DNA of 64,000 nucleotides from Dehalococcoidia bacterium (GTDB taxonomy: Bacteria; Chloroflexota; Dehalococcoidia; UBA2979), in assembly GCA_963667465.2 (NCBI GenBank), contig CAXXDN010000001.1, positions 64,001 to 128,000 on the forward strand. The letters are read 5' to 3'. Below the pieces are notes generated by a model. That model made no database searches. It was not told where the DNA came from and saw only the letters and a program-made list of their open reading frames with translations. Both the position numbers and the translations under genes were made by a program. Below, piece by piece: positions 20,365 through 29,464 of this stretch; the first letter of the stretch is position 1, and every line of letters starts with the position of its first letter.

Positions 20365-22113
20365 TCACTCCCCCGGTCGAGGCCACCGGAGAACGGCCTG
20401 CTCAGCGAGCTCCTCCGTCCTTTCGCGGATCTGCTGTGGCCCCCAAATCGCGTACTGATCCAGGACTTCCCTAGTGGTCCTGTAGATCGTCTCGTTTCGG
20501 AGACGAGCATGTGCCTCGGCCCAATCGGCAGCCCCCTTTGTTGAGTTGTCAGACTGACTAAGCGGCACGAGGTTCCCCAGCAAGCCGAGAAGTCGCTCCC
20601 GCTCTTCGCTATCGTCCGGAAACTCATCACTCCAGGCACCCTTGAGGGATTGCGGAGCGAGGTGATCGACTGTGATCGCATCGAGCTGCTCGCGGGTGAT
20701 CGGGTTCTTCTTGTGAGCGGCGATCTCGAGTTCGGCGAGGACGTAGCCGTCGAGGCGACGCCCATAGAAGGATCTACTCAAGATGTCTCGTCGGAGTTGA
20801 TCGTCGTCGGGGAAGTCGATGGTTCTCGTCTGGAGGTCGGCAACGAGTGACGACGGGTCACCACCATTCTTCCGCCAAAGACCCTTGAACACGGCGTGGA
20901 GCCCGGTCGGCTCTCGACCGGAGAACGCTCGCCTCACCAAGAAGGACTCGACGATGCGGAGGCACTCCGCCGCTGCGGCCGAACTCACGCTTCCCAAGCG
21001 TTGAGCCCTAAGCAACTGAATCAGGAACGCGTAGGTCACGCGGGGTGCCGGCATGCGTACGAGACGCTCCACCAACTCCGCGACCTCTGGTGTCGTTTCG
21101 TAGTCGGCCCCCGCCGACAGCGCGTTGTACTCAGGCACGAACCGCCCAAGATCCTCGATGATGAGTTCGGCTGTGGTTGCCGAGTCATCTTCATCTCGAA
21201 TAGTTGAATCCCAGTGCCGATTGAGCACGCGGAACGCCCCTGCGACGGTCGCGCCGTCATCGACGGTTAGCGTGAAGGGGTAGTAGTAGTTGTCGAGCTG
21301 CTTTCGGTCCGTGAACGACCCTTCGAAGGGCTCCCAATGCTCTTGGTAAAGGCGGATCGCCGTGCCCGCTTCGGCTGCCAGTCGCCGAAAGATCTCGTTC
21401 TTCACAAGATCACCGACCGTGAGGAGCTGGCCCTTCCGGTTCAAGCGGTCGAAAACCTCGTTCGGCTGGTGCCGCTCCGCGATGTTGATCGCTGCAATCT
21501 CGACCTTGTCAACTATTGTCCGTTCAAGAGTCCTCAGTGCTTCTCCATCGAATCCGTCCGCGCTTTCGCATCGGGCGCGCACCTCTGATTGCGCTCGCTC
21601 AAGCGCAGCGGACATCCTTCCCGGCCTGAACTTCGCTGCAGGCGGCACCTCCCAGGCAACCTTCAACTTCCGACACAGCGAGAAGAATTCTGGCGTGTCC
21701 GGAATCGTTGGCAGAAAGCGGGGTTCACCTCTGGTCGTCGTTCGTGCGGACATAAGAAACGCTTCTGCGATTGCGGTAGCCTCGTTTGGATGCCCGTGCT
21801 CCTGCCACTCGAGTGCGATGGCGAGGAGCGTGAGGAACAAGGTTGCAATCCGCTGCTGGCCGTCCAACACCAGAAATTTCTCGAGAACGCCTGCGCTAGG
21901 GTCACTAGGTCCCTCATGCTTCAAGATGATCGCGCCCAAGAAGAGCGCCACTGATTCGCCTTCCTCTACGAGGCTCACATCCTCCCAGAACTCGTCCAGG
22001 TTTTTTCGGTCCCAGGAGAACCGCCGTTGGTAGAGGGGCGCAGAAAGCTGCCGCTCAAGCTCGAAAACGCTGCGTACGGTAACGCAGGAATCTTGTTGCC
22101 CTGGCAGGGTCAC
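20365..22113 (-). CDS. DUF262/DUF1524 GmrSD-like modification-dependent restriction nuclease
   Basis: PLYQRRFSW, LDGQQR, VFDRLNRKG and C-terminal DHLAPQ...LGNLVPL...N; lower GC than flanks. Confidence 0.85.
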   Translation of the reverse strand: MTLPGQQDSCVTVRSVFELERQLSAPLYQRRFSWDRKNLDEFWEDVSLVEEGESVALFLGAIILKHEGPSDPSAGVLEKFLVLDGQQRIATLFLTLLAIALEWQEHGHPNEATAIAEAFLMSARTTTRGEPRFLPTIPDTPEFFSLCRKLKVAWEVPPAAKFRPGRMSAALERAQSEVRARCESADGFDGEALRTLERTIVDKVEIAAINIAERHQPNEVFDRLNRKGQLLTVGDLVKNEIFRRLAAEAGTAIRLYQEHWEPFEGSFTDRKQLDNYYYPFTLTVDDGATVAGAFRVLNRHWDSTIRDEDDSATTAELIIEDLGRFVPEYNALSAGADYETTPEVAELVERLVRMPAPRVTYAFLIQLLRAQRLGSVSSAAAAECLRIVESFLVRRAFSGREPTGLHAVFKGLWRKNGGDPSSLVADLQTRTIDFPDDDQLRRDILSRSFYGRRLDGYVLAELEIAAHKKNPITREQLDAITVDHLAPQSLKGAWSDEFPDDSEERERLLGLLGNLVPLSQSDNSTKGAADWAEAHARLRNETIYRTTREVLDQYAIWGPQQIRERTEELAEQAVLRWPRPGE

Positions 22114-22328
22114 GTGCGAACTCCTCCCCAGCGATAGACCGTTGGCCCGGATGGGTGACCTGCGCGCCTAGTCTGGATTGCCCGCGAGGCTAGCATCACC
22201 CTGTACCCCTCGCGAAACGGGCGGCTCGTGCAGTCGATGCCGACAGCGTGGCACCGCCTGGCTCACGTCCAGACCAAGACTAGCATCCCGCGAACGCGCA
22301 CCTATTGTCGCGGTGAACCGACCCGTCC

Positions 22329-22928
22329 TCAGACCCAGCGCATCGAGGCGCGGGCGGCGGCCTGCTCGCGGCGGCTCTTCTCCGCCCAGCGCTCCAGGAA
22401 CTCCGCTCCCACGACCTGCTGCGCGTCCGGCCAGCGCAGCGCCGGCTCCGCGCTGAGCGTCTCGCGCTCGCGCACGGCGCAGAGGAAGGCCGTCGCGTCG
22501 CCGAGGTCGTGACGCTCGATCACCACGCAGCCGAGGTAGCCGACGCAGCCGGGGAACCACGGGTCGCCCGCCCCGGTCAGCGCGACCTCGAGGCCGGCGA
22601 GCTTGTCGCCGTCGCGGCCGGAGCGCAGGCCGAGCGGCTCAAGCAGCGGCAGCTGCGACGCGGAGAGCGCGGTGACCGCCAGCGTGCCGGAGGCGATGAC
22701 CAGCTCGTGCGTGTAGTTCGTCTTCGAGAGCGAGACGAGTACGCGCGGCCGCTCCGGCACGATCGAGGCGCCGAAGACGGAGACGCAGATCTGTGCGTTC
22801 GGAGCTGCGTTCGGAGCTGCGTTTGGCGGCGCGCCCGCCTCGAGGCCGCGCGCGCCGATCGCGCAGAGCGGCGACCAGAACGAGGACAGCACGTCGCGCG
22901 GCGGTCTTCCGCTTCCCTGCTGCGTCAT
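22329..22928 (-). CDS. Flavin reductase-like protein
   Basis: SKTNYTHELV, LGLRSGRDGDK and DLGDATAF; internal 12-bp PNAA repeat. Confidence 0.8.
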   Translation of the reverse strand: MTQQGSGRPPRDVLSSFWSPLCAIGARGLEAGAPPNAAPNAAPNAQICVSVFGASIVPERPRVLVSLSKTNYTHELVIASGTLAVTALSASQLPLLEPLGLRSGRDGDKLAGLEVALTGAGDPWFPGCVGYLGCVVIERHDLGDATAFLCAVRERETLSAEPALRWPDAQQVVGAEFLERWAEKSRREQAAARASMRWV

Positions 22929-23045
22929 TGCCGTCCTCCTCACCCGCGCGCACAGCATGCCAGCCATGCCCCGCCAGCCTGCCATGCTGTAGCCTGACCG
23001 CCGGCGCGCGTGCCGTGCCGCCGGGTCCGATGGGAAGGCCGGTTC

Positions 23046-23954
23046 GTGAGCGAATCCAGCGAGGGCCAGGTCACGATCGAGGAGGCCGTGCCGGTCGGCC
23101 ACGGCGGCGATCGCGAACTGCTCGTCGACATCTACCGGCCGCCCGAGCACATCGAGACGCGGCCGGCGGTGCTGCTGATCCACGGCGGCGGCTTCCAGAT
23201 GGGCGACCGCGAGCAGCTCAAGTGGTACGGGCTGATGCTCGGTCGGCGCGGCTACCTGTGCGTCACCTGCGAGTACCGCCTCGTGCAGGAAGCGCCCTGG
23301 CCCGCCCAGATCCACGACATCAAGACGGCGCTGCGCTGGATGCGCGCCAGCGCCGATGAACTCGACATCGACCGCGAGCGGATCGCCGTCTGGGGCCACT
23401 CGGCCGGCGCGCACCTCGCACTCTTCGCCGCCGGCACGCAGAACGACCCGGCCTGGGAGGGCGAGGGCGGCAACGCCGGCGCGGGCACGGACGTGGCCGT
23501 CGCCGTCGCCTACTACGCGCCGGTGAAGCTGTGGCGCTCGGAGGACAGCTTCAGCCCGATCGACATCCTGCTTGCCGGGGACGGCAGCGCTGACGCGGTT
23601 CGCGCCGCGAGCCCGCTCAGCTACGTCAGCGGGTCGTACCCGCCGACTGCGCTGCTCCACGGCTCGGACGACGTGACCGTGCCAGTGGAGCAGAGCACGC
23701 TGATGTACGAGGCGCTGCGCGAGGCGGGTGTGCCCGTCGAGCTGCTGATCTTCGCCGGGCAGCCGCACTCGTTCGACCTCGGGCGGATCGTGGGCCGCCA
23801 GGGCATGACAACGGGAGCGCTGTTCCTCGACCGTTACCTGGCCGGCAGCGTGCCGGCCGACGGGACCGAGGTGCTGCGCAGAATGAGGGAGATCGGCGAC
23901 GCCGACCGGGCCGCGCGCGCGGCCGCGGAAGCAGGGATGCCGGACCGTACCTAG
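23046..23954 (+). CDS. Alpha/beta hydrolase (HSL/acetyl-esterase type)
   Basis: IHGGGF, GHSAGAHL, HGSDDVTVP and H(SF) motifs. Confidence 0.9.
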   Translation: MSESSEGQVTIEEAVPVGHGGDRELLVDIYRPPEHIETRPAVLLIHGGGFQMGDREQLKWYGLMLGRRGYLCVTCEYRLVQEAPWPAQIHDIKTALRWMRASADELDIDRERIAVWGHSAGAHLALFAAGTQNDPAWEGEGGNAGAGTDVAVAVAYYAPVKLWRSEDSFSPIDILLAGDGSADAVRAASPLSYVSGSYPPTALLHGSDDVTVPVEQSTLMYEALREAGVPVELLIFAGQPHSFDLGRIVGRQGMTTGALFLDRYLAGSVPADGTEVLRRMREIGDADRAARAAAEAGMPDRT

Positions 23955-23962
23955 AGGTGCGT

Positions 23963-24114
23963 TCCGGTTCGACGCGGCGCACGGCAAGAGTAGCCATGGA
24001 CGACTGTTCGCGGTTCGCGGTTCGCGGGTCGCCACAGTGCGGCGGGGCGAACTGTCGCCGGGCAGCCTCGCCGCGATGCTGCGCCAACTGGACAGCGACC
24101 GCAGGGAGTTCTGA
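23963..24114 (+). pseudogene. hicA: HicA toxin remnant
   Basis: Fragments FRFDAAHGKSSHGRLF and GELSPGSLAAMLRQLDSDRREF* with no start codon, immediately before hicB. Confidence 0.65.
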
Positions 24115-24117
24115 TTG

Positions 24118-24546
24118 ATGCTGTACGCCTACCCCTGTGATCTCACCCCCGACGGCGACGGGGGCCTCGTTGCCACCTTCCCCGACGTGCCCGAGGCCAT
24201 CACGGGCGGAGCGGACCGCGCCGAGGCGCTGGCGATGGCCGGGGACGCCCTCGTCACGGCCCTCGCCGGGTACGTGCATGAGCAGCGCGAGATTCCCGCG
24301 CCCGGCGCGGCCACCGAGGACCGGGAACTGGTCGCCGTGCCGGCGGTGGCGGCGGCCAAGCTGGCCCTCTACTCCGCCATGCGGGCGCAGGGGATCACGA
24401 AGGTCGAGCTGGCGCGACGGCTCGGCGTCAGCGAGTCGGCCGTGCGCAAGCTCGCCAACCCGGACCACCGCTCCCACGTCAGCCAGGTCGAGAAGGCGCT
24501 CCGCGCCGTCGGCCGAAGCATCCGCGTCGAGGTGACCGCCGCCTGA
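24118..24546 (+). CDS. hicB: HicB family antitoxin with C-terminal HTH
   Basis: ATFPDVPEAITGG...EAL.MA.DAL and ITKVELARRLGVSESAVRKL. Confidence 0.88.
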   Translation: MLYAYPCDLTPDGDGGLVATFPDVPEAITGGADRAEALAMAGDALVTALAGYVHEQREIPAPGAATEDRELVAVPAVAAAKLALYSAMRAQGITKVELARRLGVSESAVRKLANPDHRSHVSQVEKALRAVGRSIRVEVTAA

Positions 24547-24620
24547 CTCCGCCGCACACTGCCCCGCGCGACAGCAGCGCGGCCGACGCGGTAGCCTGTC
24601 GCGGGCGAGAGGCGGGAACC

Positions 24621-26036
24621 ATGAGGGTCGAACGCGAACGGCTGGACCGAACGATCAACCCGCGCACCGTGGCGGTGGTGGGCGACGCCAAGATCCGCAA
24701 CTACCGCTGGCTGAAGAGCATGGAGACCTTCCAGGGACCGGTCTACTCGGTCCAGGTCGACCCCAACGAGATCCCCAACATCGAGGAGCTGGGGATCCCC
24801 AACTACACGAGCCTCCTTGAGATCCCGGACGAGATCGACTTCGTGCTCGTGGCCGTGCCGCGCAACGTCGCGCCATTCATCCTGCGGCAGTGCGTCGAGA
24901 AGGACGTGGCCGGCGCGGCGTTCTTCACCTCCGGCTTCGCCGAGACCGACAGCGAGGACGGCCGCGAGTTGCAGGCGACGATGACCGAGCTGGCGCGCGA
25001 CTCCGGCCTCGCGCTGATCGGCCCGAACTGCATGGGCCTCTACAGCCCCGGGGTCGGCGTGCGCTTCGGCCCCAACCAGCCCGCGGGCTTCGAGGGCCGG
25101 ATCAGCTTCGCGGCGCAGAGCGGGGCGCACACCGGCGACCTGATCGAGGCGGCCTACGACGCCGGCGTGCTGCTCGGCAAGGCCGTCAGCTTCGGCAACG
25201 GCATCGTGTTGGAGAACGCCGACTACCTCGAGTACTTCGCCGGCGACCCCAGCACCGACATCCTCGCGATGTACGTCGAGGGTCTGCAGGACGGGCCGCG
25301 CTTCTTCCGCACGCTGCGCGAGACGACGCGCCACAAGCCGGTGGTGCTCTGGAAGGGCGGCCGCACCGAGGACGGCGGGCGCGCGACCCGCTCGCATACC
25401 GCCTCGCTGGCCGGATCGTCCGAGGTCTGGGACGCCGCCTGCCGCCAGGCGGGCGCGCTGCAGGCGCGCAACCTCGTAGAGCTGGTCGACATCCTCAAGG
25501 CGCTGACGCTGGTCCCGCCGTTCACCGGCGACGGCGTGGGCATCGCGGGCGGCTCCGGTGGGCAGTCGGTCGCCATGGCGGACAGCTTCGCCACCGCCGG
25601 CCTGCGCGTCCCCACGCTCACGGACGAGTCCTACGCGCAGCTCGAGGAGTGGTTCAGCCTCGTCGGCGCCAGCTTCCGCAACCCGATCGACATGGGCTCG
25701 AACCGCACCGAGCTGGAGCAGATCTTCGGCATCCTCGACAAGGACGAGAACATCGACATCGTCGTGATGCAGATCCGGCCACGGCCGCAGGACGACCCGG
25801 ACCGCGAGTTGCTCGAGGAGTTGGTGGAGGCGCTGGCGAGGGCGAACGAGCGCTCCTCGAAGCCGCACATCGCCTTGCTGCACTCGCCGAAGCCGCTCGC
25901 CCACGCCGAGGCGATGCGCGAGATCGCCGCGACGCTCGCGGAGCAGGGCATCGCCAGCTTCGAGACCTACGATCGCGGCGCGCACGCCCTCGCCGCCGTC
26001 CGCAGCTGGTACGCCTCGCGCGCCAACGGGGGGTAG
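24621..26036 (+). CDS. CoA-binding protein, NDP-forming acyl-CoA synthetase alpha-subunit-like
   Basis: FTSGFAE, IGPNCMG, QSG, SFGN and phospho-His in RSHTASLAG. Confidence 0.85.
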   Translation: MRVERERLDRTINPRTVAVVGDAKIRNYRWLKSMETFQGPVYSVQVDPNEIPNIEELGIPNYTSLLEIPDEIDFVLVAVPRNVAPFILRQCVEKDVAGAAFFTSGFAETDSEDGRELQATMTELARDSGLALIGPNCMGLYSPGVGVRFGPNQPAGFEGRISFAAQSGAHTGDLIEAAYDAGVLLGKAVSFGNGIVLENADYLEYFAGDPSTDILAMYVEGLQDGPRFFRTLRETTRHKPVVLWKGGRTEDGGRATRSHTASLAGSSEVWDAACRQAGALQARNLVELVDILKALTLVPPFTGDGVGIAGGSGGQSVAMADSFATAGLRVPTLTDESYAQLEEWFSLVGASFRNPIDMGSNRTELEQIFGILDKDENIDIVVMQIRPRPQDDPDRELLEELVEALARANERSSKPHIALLHSPKPLAHAEAMREIAATLAEQGIASFETYDRGAHALAAVRSWYASRANGG

Positions 26037-26053
26037 GTACGGTGCCCGAGGCG

Positions 26054-28588
26054 TCAGTGCGCCTCGGCGACCAGCCCGGCCTCGGCGCGCTCGACGAGGG
26101 CGCGCAGCGCGGCGTGCGGCTCGGCCGCGAGCTCCGGGTCTGCCTCGAGCAGCGCCTCCGCCTCGACGCGGGTGGTGTCGATCAGGCGGGCGTCGAGCAG
26201 CGAGGCGACGCGTAACGAGGGCGTCCCGGCCTGGCGTGTGCCGAACAGCTCGCCCGGACCGCGCAGCTCCAGGTCCGCCTGCGCGAGCGCGAAGCCGTCG
26301 CGGTTGCGCGCCACCAGCGAGAGCCGCTCCTGCGCCTCGGGCGAGGGGTCGTCCGCCAGCAGGTAGCAGGTCGAGGGGTGCTCGCCGCGACCGACACGCC
26401 CGCGGAACTGGTGCAGCTGCGAGAGCCCGAAGCGGTCCGCGCCCTCGATCAGCATCACCGTCGCGTTCGGCACGTCGATGCCGACCTCGACGACGGCGGT
26501 CGAGACGAGGATCGAGGCCTCGCCCCGCGCGAAGCGCTGCATCACAGCGTCCTTGTCGCGGCCGGACATGCGGCCGTGGAGCAGCGCGATGCGGTCCGCG
26601 AGGTCGGGGAACTGCTCGCGGCAGAGCCGCTCGTACTCCTCGGTGGCGGCGCGTGAGACGACGGCGTCCGAGCCCTCGACGAGCGGGCAGATCACGAAGC
26701 CCTGGCGGCCCGCCTCGACCTCGGAGCGCAGCGCGGCGAAGGCTTCGCCGCGGTCGTGCGGTGGTAGCCACGTAGTCTCGATCGGCGTGCGGCCGGGCGG
26801 CAGCTCGTCGATCACCGTCAGATCGAGGTCGCCGTAGATCGTGAGCGCGAGCGAGCGCGGGATCGGCGTGGCGGTCATCACCAGCAGGTGCGCGGTCGCT
26901 GCGGCCTCGACGGCGCCGTCCCCGTCACCCGTCCGCTCGGGCTGGCGCAGCGCGGAGCGCTGCATCACGCCGAAGCGGTGCTGCTCGTCAACGACGGCGA
27001 GGCCGAGCCGCTGGAAGTCGACGCCCTGCTGGATCAGCGCGTGCGTCCCGACGATCAGGTTCGCCCCGCCGTGGCGGATCGCATCGAGGGCGTCGCGGCG
27101 CTCCTTTGCGCGCGTCGAGCCGGTGAGCAGCACAACGCGCAGCGGGAGCGACAGGAAGGGCAGACTGACCACGCCGTTGAGCGGCGGCTCCGGCTCGCCC
27201 GAAAGCACGCCGCAAATCGTGCGGAAGTGCTGCTCGGCGAGCACCTCGGTGGGGGCCATCAGCACGGCCTGGTGGCCTTCGGCGACGGCGCCGATCATCG
27301 CGGCGAGGGCGACGACCGTCTTGCCCGAGCCAACGTCGCCCTGCAGCAGCCGCGCCATCGGCTGTGGGCGCCCGAGGTCGTCGAGCATCGTGTCGAGGGC
27401 GGCCCGCTGCGCCCCGGTCAGCTCGAACGGCAGCGTCCCGAGGAACGCCTCGATCGCCGCGTGGCCGGCGAAGGCCGGCGCGTCGCCGTGCGCGCGCCAC
27501 TCGCGCTTGCGCCGCACCACGCCGATCTGGATCGCCAGCAGCTCGTCGAAAGCGATGCGCCGCCGCGCAATATCGAGCGCCTCCTTGCTGTCCGGGTAGT
27601 GCATCTGCCGCGTCGCCTCGACGATGCCGGGCAGTCCGTGCTTCCCGCGCAGCTCCTCGGGCAGCGTCTCCGGCAGCCGCTCGGCGAAGCGGTCGAGCAG
27701 CGCGGCGATCGTCGTGCGTAGCGTCCGCTGGGCGAGTCCCTGCGTCGAGGGATAGACGGGCACCAGGCGGCCGGTCTCGCGCTGCTCGCCGCCGAGCTTC
27801 TCGAAGGCCGGATTGTCGATCGTCGGGCGGCCCCGGTAGGCCTTGACCGTGCCGGAGAGCGCGATCTCCGTGCCCGCGGGGAGCTGCTGGGCGAGCCAGG
27901 GCTGGTTGAACCAGACGACGCGCAGGCGCGCGCCGGTCTCGTCCGTGATCGTCGCCTCGCAGACCTGCATGCGGCCACCCCGGCCCATCCGCACCGGACG
28001 GGCGCGGTCGACCGTGCCGCGCACGGTCTGCTCCTCGCCGATCCGCAGCGCGGCGATCGGCACGGTCACGGAGAAGTCGTGGAAGCGGTGCGGGTAGTGG
28101 CGCAACGCGTCGCCGACGGTGCTCAGCCCAAGCCGCTCGAGGCGGTCCAGGTTCTTCACCCCGAGCCGCGTCCCGGCGCGTGCGATCGGCCACTCGAGGG
28201 CGGCCGCGCCCTTGGGAATCGGATCAGCAGGCGGTTTGCGTGGTGTGGGCTTGCGGCGCGGCGCTGCGTCCTCGGGGGAGGCGGGCGCGGCGCGCTTGCG
28301 AGGGCGCGCGGCCGCGGGCGCGGGCGCGCCGTTCGTGGCGCGGCCCTGCTCGTGCGCGATCGTCGCGCGCGCGCGGCGCAGCCAGCTCCTTCGCTCCTCG
28401 ATGCCGAGCGAGCGGTAGCCGGCTGCCGGGAGCGCGGCGACCATCCGCAGCAGCGGCGAGCGCGGCGGCTCGTCCCGGGCCTGGAGGCGTAGCAACTCGT
28501 CGAGGCCGCCCTCGACGAGCGTGTCGGCACAGCCGGAGCGGAGCTCGCCTTCGAGCACCGTCGCGAGCCGCTCCAGGTCGGCGGTCAT
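26054..28588 (-). CDS. recG: ATP-dependent DNA helicase RecG
   Basis: QGDVGSGKT, DEQHRFG, MTATPIPR, QLHQFRGRVGRG and DLELRGPGE. Confidence 0.97.
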   Translation of the reverse strand: MTADLERLATVLEGELRSGCADTLVEGGLDELLRLQARDEPPRSPLLRMVAALPAAGYRSLGIEERRSWLRRARATIAHEQGRATNGAPAPAAARPRKRAAPASPEDAAPRRKPTPRKPPADPIPKGAAALEWPIARAGTRLGVKNLDRLERLGLSTVGDALRHYPHRFHDFSVTVPIAALRIGEEQTVRGTVDRARPVRMGRGGRMQVCEATITDETGARLRVVWFNQPWLAQQLPAGTEIALSGTVKAYRGRPTIDNPAFEKLGGEQRETGRLVPVYPSTQGLAQRTLRTTIAALLDRFAERLPETLPEELRGKHGLPGIVEATRQMHYPDSKEALDIARRRIAFDELLAIQIGVVRRKREWRAHGDAPAFAGHAAIEAFLGTLPFELTGAQRAALDTMLDDLGRPQPMARLLQGDVGSGKTVVALAAMIGAVAEGHQAVLMAPTEVLAEQHFRTICGVLSGEPEPPLNGVVSLPFLSLPLRVVLLTGSTRAKERRDALDAIRHGGANLIVGTHALIQQGVDFQRLGLAVVDEQHRFGVMQRSALRQPERTGDGDGAVEAAATAHLLVMTATPIPRSLALTIYGDLDLTVIDELPPGRTPIETTWLPPHDRGEAFAALRSEVEAGRQGFVICPLVEGSDAVVSRAATEEYERLCREQFPDLADRIALLHGRMSGRDKDAVMQRFARGEASILVSTAVVEVGIDVPNATVMLIEGADRFGLSQLHQFRGRVGRGEHPSTCYLLADDPSPEAQERLSLVARNRDGFALAQADLELRGPGELFGTRQAGTPSLRVASLLDARLIDTTRVEAEALLEADPELAAEPHAALRALVERAEAGLVAEAH

Positions 28589-29439
28589 GCCGCAGAGGCG
28601 TCGGGGGAGAGTACTGCGACGACGGCGAGCAGGCCGGGGCCGACGTGCACGCCGATGGCGGGACCGACCTGGCCCTGCATCACCGCCGCGCCGGGCGCGA
28701 CCTCGCCGAGTCGGCTGGCGAGGTCGGCCGCTTCGTCCGGGGTCGTCGAGTAGAGCACGGCAAGCTGCTCGATCGAGCCGAGCGCCGCCGTGCGACGGAC
28801 CACCTCGGCGACCGCCTTCTTCTTCGTGCGCACGCGCCCAACCGGGACGATCTCGCCGTTCTGGATGGAGAGCAGCGGCTTGACGCGCATGAGGCCGCCG
28901 AGCAGCTCCTGCGCGCGCCCGATGCGACCGCCGCGGCGCAGGTACTCGAGCGTGTCGACGAGGATGAAGTCGTGGGTGCGGCTGTAGTGTTCGAGCACCC
29001 GGTCGCGCGCTTCGTCGAGGCTCGCACCGCCCTCGACCGCCTGCGCCGCCGCAATCGCGCCCATGCCGAGCGCCAGCGTCGCCATGCCGGAGTCGACGGC
29101 CTCGATGCGGACGCCCTCGACCTGTTGCGCGCCCTGGCGCGCCGAGGCGAGCGTGCCGCTCAGCTTCTCGGAGACGTGGAGCGAGAGGATCTCCGTGGCG
29201 CCTTCGTCCTTGAGTTGCTGGTAGACGTCGCGGAACGCGCCCGGCGAGGGCTGCGAGGTGGTCGGCAGCCGGGACTCGCGGGCGAGCCGCTCGAAGAACG
29301 TGTCGGAATCGATGTCCACGCCGTCGAGGAGGTGCTCGTCGCCGAAGAACACGCTCGCCGGGACGATGGTGATGCCGTGCTCCCCGGCGAGGTCGCGAGG
29401 GATGTCACAGGTCGAGTCGGTCACGATGCGGATGCTCAT
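28585..29439 (-). CDS. DegV family fatty-acid-binding protein (FakB)
   Basis: IVTDSTCD, TTSQPSPG, YLRRGGRIG and GVHVGPG. Confidence 0.95.
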   Translation of the reverse strand: MSIRIVTDSTCDIPRDLAGEHGITIVPASVFFGDEHLLDGVDIDSDTFFERLARESRLPTTSQPSPGAFRDVYQQLKDEGATEILSLHVSEKLSGTLASARQGAQQVEGVRIEAVDSGMATLALGMGAIAAAQAVEGGASLDEARDRVLEHYSRTHDFILVDTLEYLRRGGRIGRAQELLGGLMRVKPLLSIQNGEIVPVGRVRTKKKAVAEVVRRTAALGSIEQLAVLYSTTPDEAADLASRLGEVAPGAAVMQGQVGPAIGVHVGPGLLAVVAVLSPDASAA

Positions 29440-29464
29440 CAGGCGTAGTCCTTCCGGCTGCTGT

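Noticed and set aside
17457-20474. Long antisense ORFs (also 37791-40649, 46044-47660, 52180-54822, 60036-62246)
   Set aside because: Shadow frames of real high-GC genes on the opposite strand; no motifs apart from the DUF488 stub.
22794-22826. 12-bp PNAA repeat as a regulatory element
   Set aside because: Short in-frame slippage in a probable loop of the flavin reductase; no evidence of function.
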